Shown here: piece after piece, positions 29,967-39,900 of the stretch | Layout: each line of letters opens with the position of its first letter | How positions within the stretch are numbered: position 1 is the first letter of the stretch | NCBI GenBank assembly: GCA_018714105.1 | Contig: DVNW01000006.1 | Span: forward strand, 5,689-69,688 | Origin: Candidatus Faecicola pullistercoris | GTDB taxonomy: Bacteria > Bacillota > Clostridia > Christensenellales > CAG-917 | Direction of reading: 5' to 3' | DNA length: 64,000 nt | Notes under the pieces: generated by a model | Seen by the model: the letters and a program-made list of their open reading frames with translations, nothing else | Database searches by the model: none | What the model was told of the DNA's origin: nothing | Position numbers and translations under genes: made by a program

Positions 29967-31069
29967 GCGGCCTCTCTTAATGCCAGGTTGTTGAAAGAGA
30001 ACGCGGCCGTACCCGACGCGTCTATCGACACGACGATGCTGCCCGTTTCGTAAGTAAGGTAAACGGTGGTGTCCATGGCGTTAAGGCGGTCCATAAGCTC
30101 GGTATGAGGATGATTGTAAGTGTTGTCCTTCCCGCACGAAATTACGGCGTATTCGCAACTTACGTCGTTTAAAAACTCGGCGGAATTGCTTCCATCCTTG
30201 CTGCTGCCGTGATGCGCGACTTTAAGCAGGTCGCAGTCTACCGTGGGGCTGTCGTCGAGATAGTTTTGCGTGGCGTCCTCGGCGGCGTCGCCCGTAAAGA
30301 CGATCTGATAGCCTTTATATTCCAGTATGCCCACAGGCGACATATCGTTTCTTTCGGATTTGGGCAGTTCTGCGTATTCTTCCTCGCTTAAAGCGTAAAA
30401 GACAAACGAGATATCATCGCAAAGCCCTTCTATTTCAAATATATCCAGGTTCAGAAATATATTGGCGTCGGGTTCTTCGACGGCCGCTTTCAGGAAAGAG
30501 CAATAAGAAGATGTGTCGATTTTTGCAGGTGCGTCGGCAAACTTGTCTTTATCCGGGTCAGTGCTTCCTTTCCAGTCGTCGACGTCGGCGTAAGGCAGAT
30601 AAAAGTTATCTACGTCGTAGTACTCGATCACCTTTGTAAGCATGCTGAAATGGTCGTAATCGGGGTGGGTGACCATAAGGTAGGTCAGGTTTCGGTCGTC
30701 GTCGACGAGTTTAAGGTAGTCAAGGACGTCGGTAACGGTGGAGGTTCCGAATTGCCTGCCGCCGTCAATCAGCATATCCTTTCCGTCTGGAAACTCGATG
30801 TATATGGCGTCGCCCTGACCGACGTTAATAAAATGCACGTTAAGGTTTCCGTCGATAGAGGTCAGCACGGTTTCTTCACTTATAAGCGAGCCTAAAAGTT
30901 CGCCCTGAGACTGATTTCCGAAAATGGCGCTGAAAAGGTCGGGTTTATAAAAATACAGCGCGACAAGAGCGGCTACCAGAATAACCGCTATGATAATTAT
31001 CGCGATTTTGCTTCGCGTGCCGAAGTTTTTGAATATTCTCCAAAAGGATTTCGTGGTTTTTTTGGCCAT
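29963..31069 (-). CDS. Membrane-anchored MBL-fold hydrolase, ComEC C-terminal-domain-like
   Basis: N-terminal TM, then [18 protein letters not shown] and KVAHHGS metallo-beta-lactamase motifs. Confidence 0.8.
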   Translation of the reverse strand: MAKKTTKSFWRIFKNFGTRSKIAIIIIAVILVAALVALYFYKPDLFSAIFGNQSQGELLGSLISEETVLTSIDGNLNVHFINVGQGDAIYIEFPDGKDMLIDGGRQFGTSTVTDVLDYLKLVDDDRNLTYLMVTHPDYDHFSMLTKVIEYYDVDNFYLPYADVDDWKGSTDPDKDKFADAPAKIDTSSYCSFLKAAVEEPDANIFLNLDIFEIEGLCDDISFVFYALSEEEYAELPKSERNDMSPVGILEYKGYQIVFTGDAAEDATQNYLDDSPTVDCDLLKVAHHGSSKDGSNSAEFLNDVSCEYAVISCGKDNTYNHPHTELMDRLNAMDTTVYLTYETGSIVVSIDASGTAAFSFNNLALREAA

Positions 31070-31149
31070 AAGTTTCTCCTTTAAGTCAATATCATTTTAC
31101 AACATAATATGAAATCGGGCAAACAAAAAGCCGCCCCTGAGCCAAAGTC

Positions 31150-31178
31150 GAAAAAAAGACGGCATTGAATGCCGTCTT
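31150..31178 (-). terminator. Intrinsic terminator after the MFS gene
   Basis: Minus strand AGACGGCAT-tca-ATGCCGTCT followed by TTTTTT. Confidence 0.75.
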
Positions 31179-31200
31179 CTATATAGTGTAAATTGGACGC

Positions 31201-33054
31201 TCAGTCGTCGGTGTCGAAGTTTTCGAGAACGGATTTTTTGGGAAGGGGTTTGCTGTCGCCGTGTCGCACGAGAGCCATAAACGCTATTGCCGCCACTACG
31301 CATACCGCCGAGTACCCGAACAGCGAATAGTTACCCACGCTGTCCATAAACAGACCCGCGATGGCAGGCGTTATAGCCTGTGCCGACATGGTTGCCATAT
31401 AATAGTAGCCCGTGTATTTGCCTACGTCCTGCGCTTTGGACAGCTCCACAACCATGGGGAAGGTGTTGACGTTGGCGATGATAAGGCCGAAGCCCGCTAT
31501 CAGATAAAACGCCGCGAACAGTACTGCGGGAAGGAGATTGTCTCCGGGGCGGACGAAAATCCATACGAGGACGTAGGACACCACCGCAAGAGCGAATCCG
31601 AGGATTATGGATTTTTTACGGCCTATTTTAACTGCGAGCATACCTACGGGAATAAAGGCTATTGCGGAGATACCCATACTTACGCCCGAGATGATACCGG
31701 CCACGCCTTCGGAAAGGCCGAGCACTTTTACGCAATATACCGACAGGTTGGACGAAACGGCGTTATAGCCCATAAACCACATGAATATGGAAGCGAGAAT
31801 AAGCAGGAAAGAGCGGAATTTGGCCTTTTCGAGTTTCTTCTTTTCGGCGGCTACCTGCTCGTCGGAGAGGTTGCTGTCGGAAACGCCTTCCTCGGCTTCC
31901 TGACGTTTTAGGTCGGCTTCTTCGTCGTCCTCGTCGGTAATGCCGTATTGCTCGCAGATTTGCTCGCACTGCTTGACCATGGCGGTTTCTTTCACGAAAT
32001 ACATGAACAAGGCGAGCAGAATAAGCATACAAACAGCCGAAATCAGATAAATTGCGATAAACGCGTTGTCGTTTACGAGGAATGCCGCCGTATAAATTAT
32101 AAATGCTATTGCGCCGCCCACGCCGCCGGCAAGATTTATGATTGCGTTAGCCTGCGATCTTAAAGGCTTGGGCGTTACGTCCGGCATGAGGGCAACCGCG
32201 GGAGAGCGGAAGATACCCATAGAGATTAGAACCAGCAGCAACACGATAAGGTATATAACCAGCCTGCCGGCGTGTCGGACGGTAATGTTTTCGTGCACCT
32301 GTTCGGAAAGATAGGTGGCCACGCCGTTGGCGGCGTATTTGTTGTAAAGGGTGTTGGAAGCCGAGAGAGAATCGTATTCGGCTTTGGATATCTCTACGTA
32401 GTTGCCGTACTGGGTTTTGGATTCCAGTCCGGTATTCTGCGAGGAGGGAAGCATCTCGCCTTTAAAATACTTTACGGCGTCGCCTTTGCCTTCCGTTTTA
32501 AGAGGAGTGTAAGCAATGGAAATATAATCTTCACGGGTAAGTTTATCCGCTTCGCGCATGTTTCTGAAATCCATTTGCGAAATATAAGAGTAATTTCCGC
32601 TTGCGGCTGCGTCGTACCAGGACGCGAGCAGGTCGGAAAATACTACGCCGTCGGCGGGAGAAGTGCCCTCGGTAACGGCCGAATCGTCCGCAGAACTCTG
32701 AATATTGTAGGTGATGTCGTATCTTAAAGCGTTGGCCTCTTTAAGTTGCTTGTTTGCCGTTACGGGGATAAACACCATAAGCACGCAGGATAATATGGTA
32801 CCTATGAAAATAAAAGGCGTACGCCTGCCGAAACGCGATTTGGATTTATCCGACAGCTTTCCGAACAAGGGAAGCATGAAAAGCGACAGCAGATTGTCAA
32901 GCCCCATAATCGCACCGCGCCAGAAGTTGGACAGGCCGAAGGCCTTTTCGAGCAGGAGAGGTACAACGAAGTCGTATACCTGCCAGAACAGAATAATTAT
33001 GGCAAACGCGAAGCCTACCTTGATTGTTTTTTTGTAATCCAGTTTCAATTCCAT
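31201..33054 (-). CDS. MFS transporter (GPH/SLC45-like) with a large extracytoplasmic insertion
   Basis: Motif A-like GKLSDKSKSRFGRRTPF and 12 predicted TM segments. ATG at 33054 lies 7 nt after GGGGGA and is preferred over the track start at 33117. Confidence 0.8.
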   Translation of the reverse strand: MELKLDYKKTIKVGFAFAIIILFWQVYDFVVPLLLEKAFGLSNFWRGAIMGLDNLLSLFMLPLFGKLSDKSKSRFGRRTPFIFIGTILSCVLMVFIPVTANKQLKEANALRYDITYNIQSSADDSAVTEGTSPADGVVFSDLLASWYDAAASGNYSYISQMDFRNMREADKLTREDYISIAYTPLKTEGKGDAVKYFKGEMLPSSQNTGLESKTQYGNYVEISKAEYDSLSASNTLYNKYAANGVATYLSEQVHENITVRHAGRLVIYLIVLLLVLISMGIFRSPAVALMPDVTPKPLRSQANAIINLAGGVGGAIAFIIYTAAFLVNDNAFIAIYLISAVCMLILLALFMYFVKETAMVKQCEQICEQYGITDEDDEEADLKRQEAEEGVSDSNLSDEQVAAEKKKLEKAKFRSFLLILASIFMWFMGYNAVSSNLSVYCVKVLGLSEGVAGIISGVSMGISAIAFIPVGMLAVKIGRKKSIILGFALAVVSYVLVWIFVRPGDNLLPAVLFAAFYLIAGFGLIIANVNTFPMVVELSKAQDVGKYTGYYYMATMSAQAITPAIAGLFMDSVGNYSLFGYSAVCVVAAIAFMALVRHGDSKPLPKKSVLENFDTDD

Positions 33055-33174
33055 TTGAAAATCCCCCGTGAGCGGACTTATTTGTGATAATTCAATTATA
33101 TCAAAGACGGGGAACAAAGTAAAACATATTAAATAAATTAACCCGCAAGTCGAAATTATTTATTAACGGCCTTG

Positions 33175-33555
33175 TCAGAAAATATCCTTGAAGTCGAAAT
33201 CCACCGTACTCTGTACGTTTTTAATTAAAATCAGAAGGCTTTGGGTTTTGCTTTTTGCGTTCTGAAGGTCGTCGGCTTGCAAAGAGCCCTTTATTTCGCC
33301 TATGGTAACCGAAACCGTACGTGTATCGGGCGAATAGGTAAAGGTGTCGATATATACTTTCTGTTTCTCCCACCAGGCCAGCATCTCGTCGGTGCGCGCG
33401 AGAGCAGTTTTCGCATCGCCTGAATCGACTGCAAAATCCACGGCCTCGACGAGGTTTTCAAAACGGCTGAAAATCTCGTGGGTGCGGTGATGGTCGTATA
33501 TGCCCGCAGACAGTATTACGGCAAGCATGGCGGCGGCTATCGTCAGACGTTTCAT
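33175..33555 (-). CDS. DUF4363-family protein
   Basis: Signal/anchor MKRLTIAAAMLAVILSA followed by a helical domain. ATGA start/stop overlap with the upstream DUF421 gene. Confidence 0.65.
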   Translation of the reverse strand: MKRLTIAAAMLAVILSAGIYDHHRTHEIFSRFENLVEAVDFAVDSGDAKTALARTDEMLAWWEKQKVYIDTFTYSPDTRTVSVTIGEIKGSLQADDLQNAKSKTQSLLILIKNVQSTVDFDFKDIF

Positions 33556-34274
33556 TCCAGTTTCCCCATATAGCAAGGTTTTAAATAAGGTTGCACAAAC
33601 AAGGTTTTATCCTGTGTAACAGTCATTAAAAACACTTGTTTTTGTATTAATTGCAGCTTTTGCAGTTGCAATTCGATTTGCTGCTCGGAAAGGCCCAGTT
33701 TTATTAAATTGTTTTTGAGAAGCCGGCCTTCGGCTATTACGGTATAGGGCAGAAATTTTTCGCGGTTACTTAGGCCCGCGTCAGACGGGGTATAGGGCGA
33801 ATTGGCGTATTTGGGCATTACGCTCAGGCTGCCGTTGGTTTCGAGCACGGCAAATTCGATTTCTTCCGGGAAGAAATATCCCGCTATGCGCAGGGCTTCG
33901 GAAATGTCGTCCGAATCCATATCCGCCGATTTGACCGCGCGTGTGTCTATATTGCCGCCGTTGATTATTATAAGCGGTTTTCCGTTTAAGATTTTCCTGA
34001 AACGCGGACTTTTTACGGCGATAAAGTTCATGGTTATATGAACTATAAAAAGAGTGAAAACGGGAATTATTCCGTATATGAGCGGTATGGACGGATCGCC
34101 CATGGGCAGACAGGCTAGTTCCGCAATAACCAGCGTTATGGAAAATTCGAAAGGTTGTAACTGTCCTATCTGCCGTTTGCCCATAAGCCGCATTACTATC
34201 AGCAGCACTATATACAAAAGGGCGGATTTCACCATAATATTAAGCATATGGTTATTGTAAATATTATTTGGCAA
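33552..34274 (-). CDS. DUF421 (YetF-like) membrane protein
   Basis: VMRLMGKRQIGQLQPFEFSITLVIAELA is the DUF421 hallmark. The start is uncertain: TTG at 34274, or ATG at 34247 or 34235. Confidence 0.75.
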   Translation of the reverse strand: MPNNIYNNHMLNIMVKSALLYIVLLIVMRLMGKRQIGQLQPFEFSITLVIAELACLPMGDPSIPLIYGIIPVFTLFIVHITMNFIAVKSPRFRKILNGKPLIIINGGNIDTRAVKSADMDSDDISEALRIAGYFFPEEIEFAVLETNGSLSVMPKYANSPYTPSDAGLSNREKFLPYTVIAEGRLLKNNLIKLGLSEQQIELQLQKLQLIQKQVFLMTVTQDKTLFVQPYLKPCYMGKLE

Positions 34275-34299
34275 TTTATGCGTTTTCTGCCTCTATCGG

Positions 34300-34328
34300 T
34301 GTACAAAACCGAAAATATATTGTATAAT
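34300..34328 (+). promoter_or_regulatory. Promoter of the THF riboswitch-folT unit
   Basis: TGTACA, 17 nt, TATAAT, 6 nt upstream of the riboswitch. Confidence 0.45.
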
Positions 34329-34334
34329 ATATCC

Positions 34335-34426
34335 GGCAGAGTAGATAAATCGCGTTAAGTGTTACGGGATGGGATGTAGCCCGTAAACGAAAGGGAAACC
34401 TGCGGTGGTTTATCGCGTTCGCTGCA
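34335..34426 (+). promoter_or_regulatory. THF (tetrahydrofolate) riboswitch
   Basis: GGCAGAGTAGATAAATCGCGTTAAGTGTTACGGGATGGGATGTAGCCCGTAAACGAAAGGGAAACCTGCGGTGGTTTATCGCGTTCGCTGC closely parallels the folT-motif consensus (AGAGUAG..CGCGUUAAGUG...GGGAUG...ACGAA...GCGGUG...GCGUUCGCU). A downstream AACCTC/GAGGTT helix can occlude the SD. Confidence 0.85.
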
Positions 34427-34478
34427 ACGGGGACAAGCCGTCCTTTTTGTAACGAACCTCTCAAAAGGAGGTTTTTTT

Positions 34479-35051
34479 ATGACTTATTATTCATCGCAAC
34501 AGGAAATGGACGCGGCGATAGCCGTTCGTCCGCAGGCCAAAAAGCGCCTGACCAACAAGCAGATTGCCTTTATTTCGGTATTTGTGGCCATTTCGGTAAC
34601 CGTAAACGCCGTAGCCGCAAGGGCAATGGGCAACAAACTGTCGTTCGCCTATACGATAGACTTTATGGCAGGATACTTTTTCGGCGGGATCGCGGGTCTT
34701 TTGGTAGGAGGCATAGGCGATTTGCTGGGCTGTCTTCTGGCCGGTTACGCGCCTAATCCTTTTATATTGCTTTCGTCCTGTCTTCTGGGATTTATACCGG
34801 GCATGGTAAAAAAGTTAAAGGTCAGTCTGCCCGCATCGATAGTTATAAGCTATGCTCTTACTCTGACTGTATGCACGGCGTTTATCAATACCTACGGCTT
34901 ATGGCTTATGTACGGCGGCGGACGCACCTTTTTCGCTTATATGGCGGTAAGGCTGACGGCTCAGGCGCCGGTAATAATCGCCAACATCGCGCTTACCTTT
35001 TTCATAATGCCGCTGTTCAGGAAGGTGCTTAAAGCCGAAATTTTCAATTAA
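34479..35051 (+). CDS. folT: ECF transporter S component, folate family
   Basis: 190-aa, 6-TM S-component-like protein directly behind the THF riboswitch. Confidence 0.8.
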   Translation: MTYYSSQQEMDAAIAVRPQAKKRLTNKQIAFISVFVAISVTVNAVAARAMGNKLSFAYTIDFMAGYFFGGIAGLLVGGIGDLLGCLLAGYAPNPFILLSSCLLGFIPGMVKKLKVSLPASIVISYALTLTVCTAFINTYGLWLMYGGGRTFFAYMAVRLTAQAPVIIANIALTFFIMPLFRKVLKAEIFN

Positions 35052-36562
35052 AACATTCTTGCTTTGCGTTTGAGGATACGGGCGGCGTTCAGGTTTACGA
35101 ATACCGTCTTATAGTCCGTTACGCCCGTGAGCTGAGTAAACACGACGTACATACCTGTTGCGCCCGCGGCGGCAAACGGTACGGAAATAATATCGGGCGC
35201 GAAAGCCGAAACTATGCCCAGCAGAAATCTGCAGAATACGGCAGACGGAACGGCACACAGTACGGAGAAGGCCATTTTTTTTGCAGGTATCTCGAAACGG
35301 CACTTTTTATATAGCAAACGTATATTTAAAATACTTGTAAGTGTAAACGACAGGATAAAGCCTAACGCTATCGAATATATTCCTATAAACTTCGGAGTAA
35401 ATACTATGCTCAGCAAAAGCAGCGATGCCCCCGCCAGATAATGGAAAAAGGTTCTTTTTTCCATGCCCAGCGAATTAAGCATGCTTGCGCTGAGCTGGTT
35501 CAGTCCCATAGGGAATATAAGCACGGCGGCAATGCTAACGAAGCGGCCTGACGGCGCGTCGTTGAAAAGAAGCACGGTTATGCTTTCGCCCATAGGCACG
35601 TACAGCATACAGAATGCCGAAGCTATTATCGTGAGAAACAGCAGCGAAGAAGTGATTTTGGCCGTTAATTCGTGCTGTTTCTGCGCCCGGTCGGCTATTT
35701 CGGGCACAAGCACTACCGACAGCGAACCCGTCAGAGTGGTCGGAGCCATAAGCAGAGGAAGGGCCATTCCCGCAACGCGGCCGTATTCGGCCGTAGCCTG
35801 ATATATGTCCATACCGGCCGATACGAGGCGCATGGGTATTACTATTGCCGTCAGGCTGGTTATCAGCCCCGAAAACAGCCTCATCAGCGTTATGGGCAAA
35901 CTTTCTTTAATCAGCAATCCGGCGGAGGAAGGCGCGGCGACGCCGCCCTTCTTTTTTGCGTATATCGCTATCAGCATAACGGCGCAAATTACGTCCGAAA
36001 CGGTAAACGCCGCCGCTATGCCCGTCGCGCCTGCAAGACTGCTGATTATTCCGCTTGCCAGAAAGACGCTCAGCAGAGCGCGAATTACTTCTTCGGCAAG
36101 TTCGGTAACGCTGTAAGTAAGGTAATCTCTTTTTCCCAGAAGCCAGGCTCGGAATACGCAATATACGGCCGAAGTTACGAGTGCGGGCAGCATAATCGTA
36201 AACAGCGGCATTGCGCGTTCGTCCTTGAAAAGCACGGAAAAAGACTGTCTGAAAAGCAGAAATGCCCCTACGGTTATCAGAGCCGTAGATACCGATACGG
36301 CGAGCGAAGCCGAAATATACGAGGCCGATATTTTACGGTCGGCGGACGGCAGGGCGGCTATTCTGCGCGAAAGTATAAGCGGTATGCCCGAGCAGGAAAA
36401 CGCCGCCAGGGTAAAGAATACGGACAGGCAGATCTGATACAGCCCGACGGCTTCCGCACCCAGCTTGCGGGACAGATATATTTTGAATAAAAAAGCAATG
36501 GCGCGGGTAATTACCGAAAATACGCTGACCAGCGCAACCGCTTTGAACAGTTTTGTTTTGAT
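35048..36562 (-). CDS. MOP-superfamily flippase (SpoVB/MurJ-like), apparent ATC start
   Basis: The frame is open from TAA at 36577-36575 down to 35048. The N-terminus (I/M)KTKLFKAVALVSVFSVITRAIAFLFKIYLSRKLGAEAVGLYQ is a typical flippase start. There is no in-frame ATG, GTG or TTG before the GTG at 36235. AAAGGAG lies 7 nt upstream of the ATC at 36562. Confidence 0.75.
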   Translation of the reverse strand: MKTKLFKAVALVSVFSVITRAIAFLFKIYLSRKLGAEAVGLYQICLSVFFTLAAFSCSGIPLILSRRIAALPSADRKISASYISASLAVSVSTALITVGAFLLFRQSFSVLFKDERAMPLFTIMLPALVTSAVYCVFRAWLLGKRDYLTYSVTELAEEVIRALLSVFLASGIISSLAGATGIAAAFTVSDVICAVMLIAIYAKKKGGVAAPSSAGLLIKESLPITLMRLFSGLITSLTAIVIPMRLVSAGMDIYQATAEYGRVAGMALPLLMAPTTLTGSLSVVLVPEIADRAQKQHELTAKITSSLLFLTIIASAFCMLYVPMGESITVLLFNDAPSGRFVSIAAVLIFPMGLNQLSASMLNSLGMEKRTFFHYLAGASLLLLSIVFTPKFIGIYSIALGFILSFTLTSILNIRLLYKKCRFEIPAKKMAFSVLCAVPSAVFCRFLLGIVSAFAPDIISVPFAAAGATGMYVVFTQLTGVTDYKTVFVNLNAARILKRKARMF

Positions 36563-36574
36563 AGATGTGCTCCT

Positions 36575-36859
36575 TTAATCGGGTATAACCAGAGTTTGGC
36601 CGACAAAAACGTGTTCGGTCATATTGCATTCCTTGATTTTCTGAACGTCGACTCCGAATTTGTTTGCGACCGCCCGGATATCCTCGAAGGGTTTTACGGT
36701 ATAGGTAAAGCCTATATCGGCTATTGCAAGTATGCGTTCTCCCGCCACGAAAGCGGCCGACGGATTGAGCGATTTCAGTAAAGACGCCGAAGTTTTCAGT
36801 TGAGCGGCAAGTCTGACTGCGTCCGAATTTTCTTTTAATCTGAATACTGTATAATACAT
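36575..36859 (-). CDS. LysM-domain protein without signal peptide
   Basis: C-terminal LysM YTVKPFEDIRAVANKFGVDVQKIKECNMTEHVFVGQTLVIP plus a degenerate N-terminal copy. The start is uncertain. ATG at 36859 is preferred because the TTG at 36895 lies in the U-tract of the upstream terminator. Confidence 0.6.
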   Translation of the reverse strand: MYYTVFRLKENSDAVRLAAQLKTSASLLKSLNPSAAFVAGERILAIADIGFTYTVKPFEDIRAVANKFGVDVQKIKECNMTEHVFVGQTLVIPD

Positions 36860-36892
36860 ACTATAAAGTATGTAGGCCCGGCCTGCGATATG

Positions 36893-36925
36893 CAAAAAAA
36901 AACGGCGGAGCAGTTGCTCCGCCGC
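36893..36925 (-). terminator. Intrinsic terminator after the 1327-aa gene
   Basis: Minus strand CGGCGGAGC-AACT-GCTCCGCCG followed by nine T. Confidence 0.85.
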
Positions 36926-36937
36926 GGTTTTACGGGA

Positions 36938-39900
36938 TTAGTCCTTCATATTCTTATATTTATCGGACTTGTTCTTAATGCTGTCGGGATTGTCCTTAAA
37001 GCGTTTGTCGAAGGAAGAAGCCTTTACTTTGGCCTTCTTCTTGGGAGCGTATTTCTTTATGAAGTAAATAATTACCACTACAATTATAACCGCGCCCAGA
37101 ACGGCCGAGCTTATCCACAGCCAGTTGAGGTTTTTCTTACCGGGATCGGCATCGCCGTCGTCTTTATCCTCGGTACCGGGTTCTATATCGTCGGTAACGG
37201 TAAACTTCATAACGGTATCGCCGACTACCGCGCTGTCGTAAGCGGCCTTATCCGTGGTTTCGATTGCCACGTCGTCGAACATTACGAAGCCTTCAACGTA
37301 GTGGTTGGTTTCGTCCACAACGGTACCCATACCGAGTTTAAGGGTAAAGGACTTGGAAGAAGCGGCCGAATTGAGAACGTAGAATTCGGCGTTAACCCAG
37401 TTGTCGGCGGCAAGGTTAAGGGTGTAATCCGTGCCGTCTATGGTAAGGGTGGCGTAAGCTTTCTGTCCTTCGCCGAGAGCGTAAGTCTTGAAGGAGAAGG
37501 ATACTTTATAGTACTTGCCGGAAGCCGCCGAGGTAGAGGTCGAGGTATAGCTGTAAGCCGCGGCCTTTTCGTTGTAAATAAGCAGCATGCTGTCGCTCTG
37601 CGGAGCGGACAGAACGGTCTGATATTCGGCCTTGTCCTCGTAAATTTCGGCTAGCGATTTGGTAAGCGATTCGTTTACGTATTTGTTGGCGTCGCCGTGT
37701 TCTTCGGTCCATAAAGCCCATTGGGGATTGTCAGCGTCGCCCACGTTGGCGTAAAATACGGTGTCTTCGCTTACGTTACCCGCTTCGCTGTAAACGATAA
37801 AGTCGTCGAGGTTAAGAAGATGATCGATAAAGTCGTCCTTGTTTTCGGCATTAAGCACGCCCGCAAGGGTGTAATCGGCCTCGGTATCGTCGTCAGCGGT
37901 GTCGTCTTTACCCGTCCAGTTGGAGGGAGAATAAAGAATACTGTCCGAAGAAGACGTGCTCGAGAACGAATCGAAGCTGTCCGTCTTGAAGCTGTAAACG
38001 GCGTTGGTGTCGTCGTTCTGAGCGGTTTCGAATTCGGCCGCGTCTATTTCCTGAAGCAGAACCTTGTCAAAGAAGGCCGCTCCGCCGTCGTAATAGTATT
38101 CGGGTTCGGAAATGGCGGTTTTGGTTTCCTTGCCCTCGTCGCCTATATAGAGTCCGAGAACTACGGATTGCGTGGTGAGGTTGGTCTGAATATAGAAAGT
38201 ATAACGCGTCCAGCCGTTGTAAGTCGTATCTGCGGCCGTGTTAATGGTCTTGAAAGAGGCCAGCACGTTGTTGTCGTTACCGTAGAGATAAACTCTGGCG
38301 TTAGCCGAGCCCACCGTTTTGACGAGAACGGAAAGCTGGTAATATTTGCTTGCCGACAAGGAAGCGGAATTGGATTTGTATCCTACCGAAACTTTTCCGC
38401 CGGCCGAGTCCGAAGTTGCCGCGTCGGTAGAGGCTATCATAAGCAGTTTGTCGCCGCCGATATAAGCCAGGTCGCCGATATTGGCGTCCGTAACGGTATC
38501 GGGAACGGGTATAAACATGTTTTCGAAAGCCGAAGCGGGCAGAACGGAACTGTCGTTGATTTCGTTTATGATGTTAGCGATAGTTGCCGCGTCCTTAAGG
38601 TCTACGATACCGCCCAGCTGAGTGCCGTTTTTATTGCTGTTGTTGAACTTCCAGCCCGAAGCGGCACCGAAGTTGTCCGAGAATTCGGCGTCCGCGCCTT
38701 CGCCCGTCATGCCGCCGTTGCCGAGACCTTCGATAAGGCTGTAATCGTAGTTGTTGAATTCGCCGTTATTGAAACTGTCCGAAGTGGTGGTTACGAAGGA
38801 AGTCTTTTTGGCGTAACTGCCGCTTGCCGAGTTGTAAACCGAATACTCGGTACGGGTAAGAGTGAAGTTGGTAAGGAAAGCCTGACCTTCGGCAAGGGTG
38901 GAACTTGTCCATTTGTTACCCGAGCCGAGCGAAACGGTAAGGTAAACGGTTTTGGCTTCTTTACCCGTCTGGATATAGAAAGCGACTTCCTGCCATCCGC
39001 CGATAAGCTTTGTGGTGATGTTTTCCGTATTGATATTGGTAAACGAAGAAAGCGCGGAGGCGTCTTCGTCGTCCGTTTTCTCGAAGAGAGACACGTTTAC
39101 GCCGGCGGAGGACTGAACGTCTTCGGTTTTAATCCAGACGCCGAGGCGGTAATATGAGAAGGGATCGAGCACCATTTTGGCGTCTTCGTATTTAAGGTTG
39201 TAAACTCCCGCAGAGTCCGACAGAATGGCGAGAACCTTATTGCTGTCGGAGTCGTAATAATAAGGCAGGGTGGGCGCCGTATAGTTTCCGAGGTTTTCGA
39301 TGACGTTGTCGGTACCGAGCTGACGGAAAGCGTTTGTCTGAGCTTTGGTATCCCATACGCCCGCTACCACGGAAGAAGCGTCGATGCCGTTCATCAGAGT
39401 GGAGCTGCCTTCGTCGAATACGGGAGTGAAAGCGTCGGTACCGTTTTCGAACAGGCCGTTTTCAAGCAAGGATTCTTCGTCGGTACGCAGGTTGCAGCGT
39501 TTTGCGATGCTGCCGTCGATTTCGGTCTGCTCGTCGCCGGTAACGGGGATGACTGCGTCGGCCGCAAGTTTCTCCACGGTGAGCTTGTCAAAGAAAGCCC
39601 AGCCGCTGCTGAAAGTGCTGTCGTCGTTGCCCGTACCGAAGTGCAGTTCGAGGGTGAGAGATACGTTGGCGTTTTTACTGCCGATAACGTAAAAGTCTAT
39701 TTTCTTCCATTCGCCGGCCGTCGACAGAGTAACTTCGGTGTCGTCGTATTCGGTATTGGTAAGTTTTACGGTAGCGATGTTGGGGTCGGTGGATTCGGGA
39801 AGAGAAACCGTTTTGACCCATATTGAAATTTTGTAGTTGGCGCACTGAGCTATGCCCAGAGTGGCGTTGGTTTTAAACCCGATTGCCGACAGCGCGCTGT

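Noticed and set aside
33055-33117. Track start (33117) of the MFS gene, adding 21 N-terminal residues.
   Set aside because: The downstream ATG at 33054 has a properly spaced GGGGGA RBS and yields a normal MFS N-terminus. The extension has no RBS.
36333-36629. 98-aa minus-strand ORF in the track upstream of the flippase.
   Set aside because: It is out of frame with, and fully overlaps, the open N-terminal extension of the flippase, which encodes a typical MOP-flippase N-terminus. It is explained by the missing canonical start codon (see the ATC-start finding).
37721-39157. 478-aa ORF (plus 36890-37654, 40292-40873 and others) antisense to the giant surface-protein gene.
   Set aside because: The sense frame has a signal peptide, a repeated module structure and a terminator. 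The antisense ORFs are Gly/Val/Arg-rich with no features.
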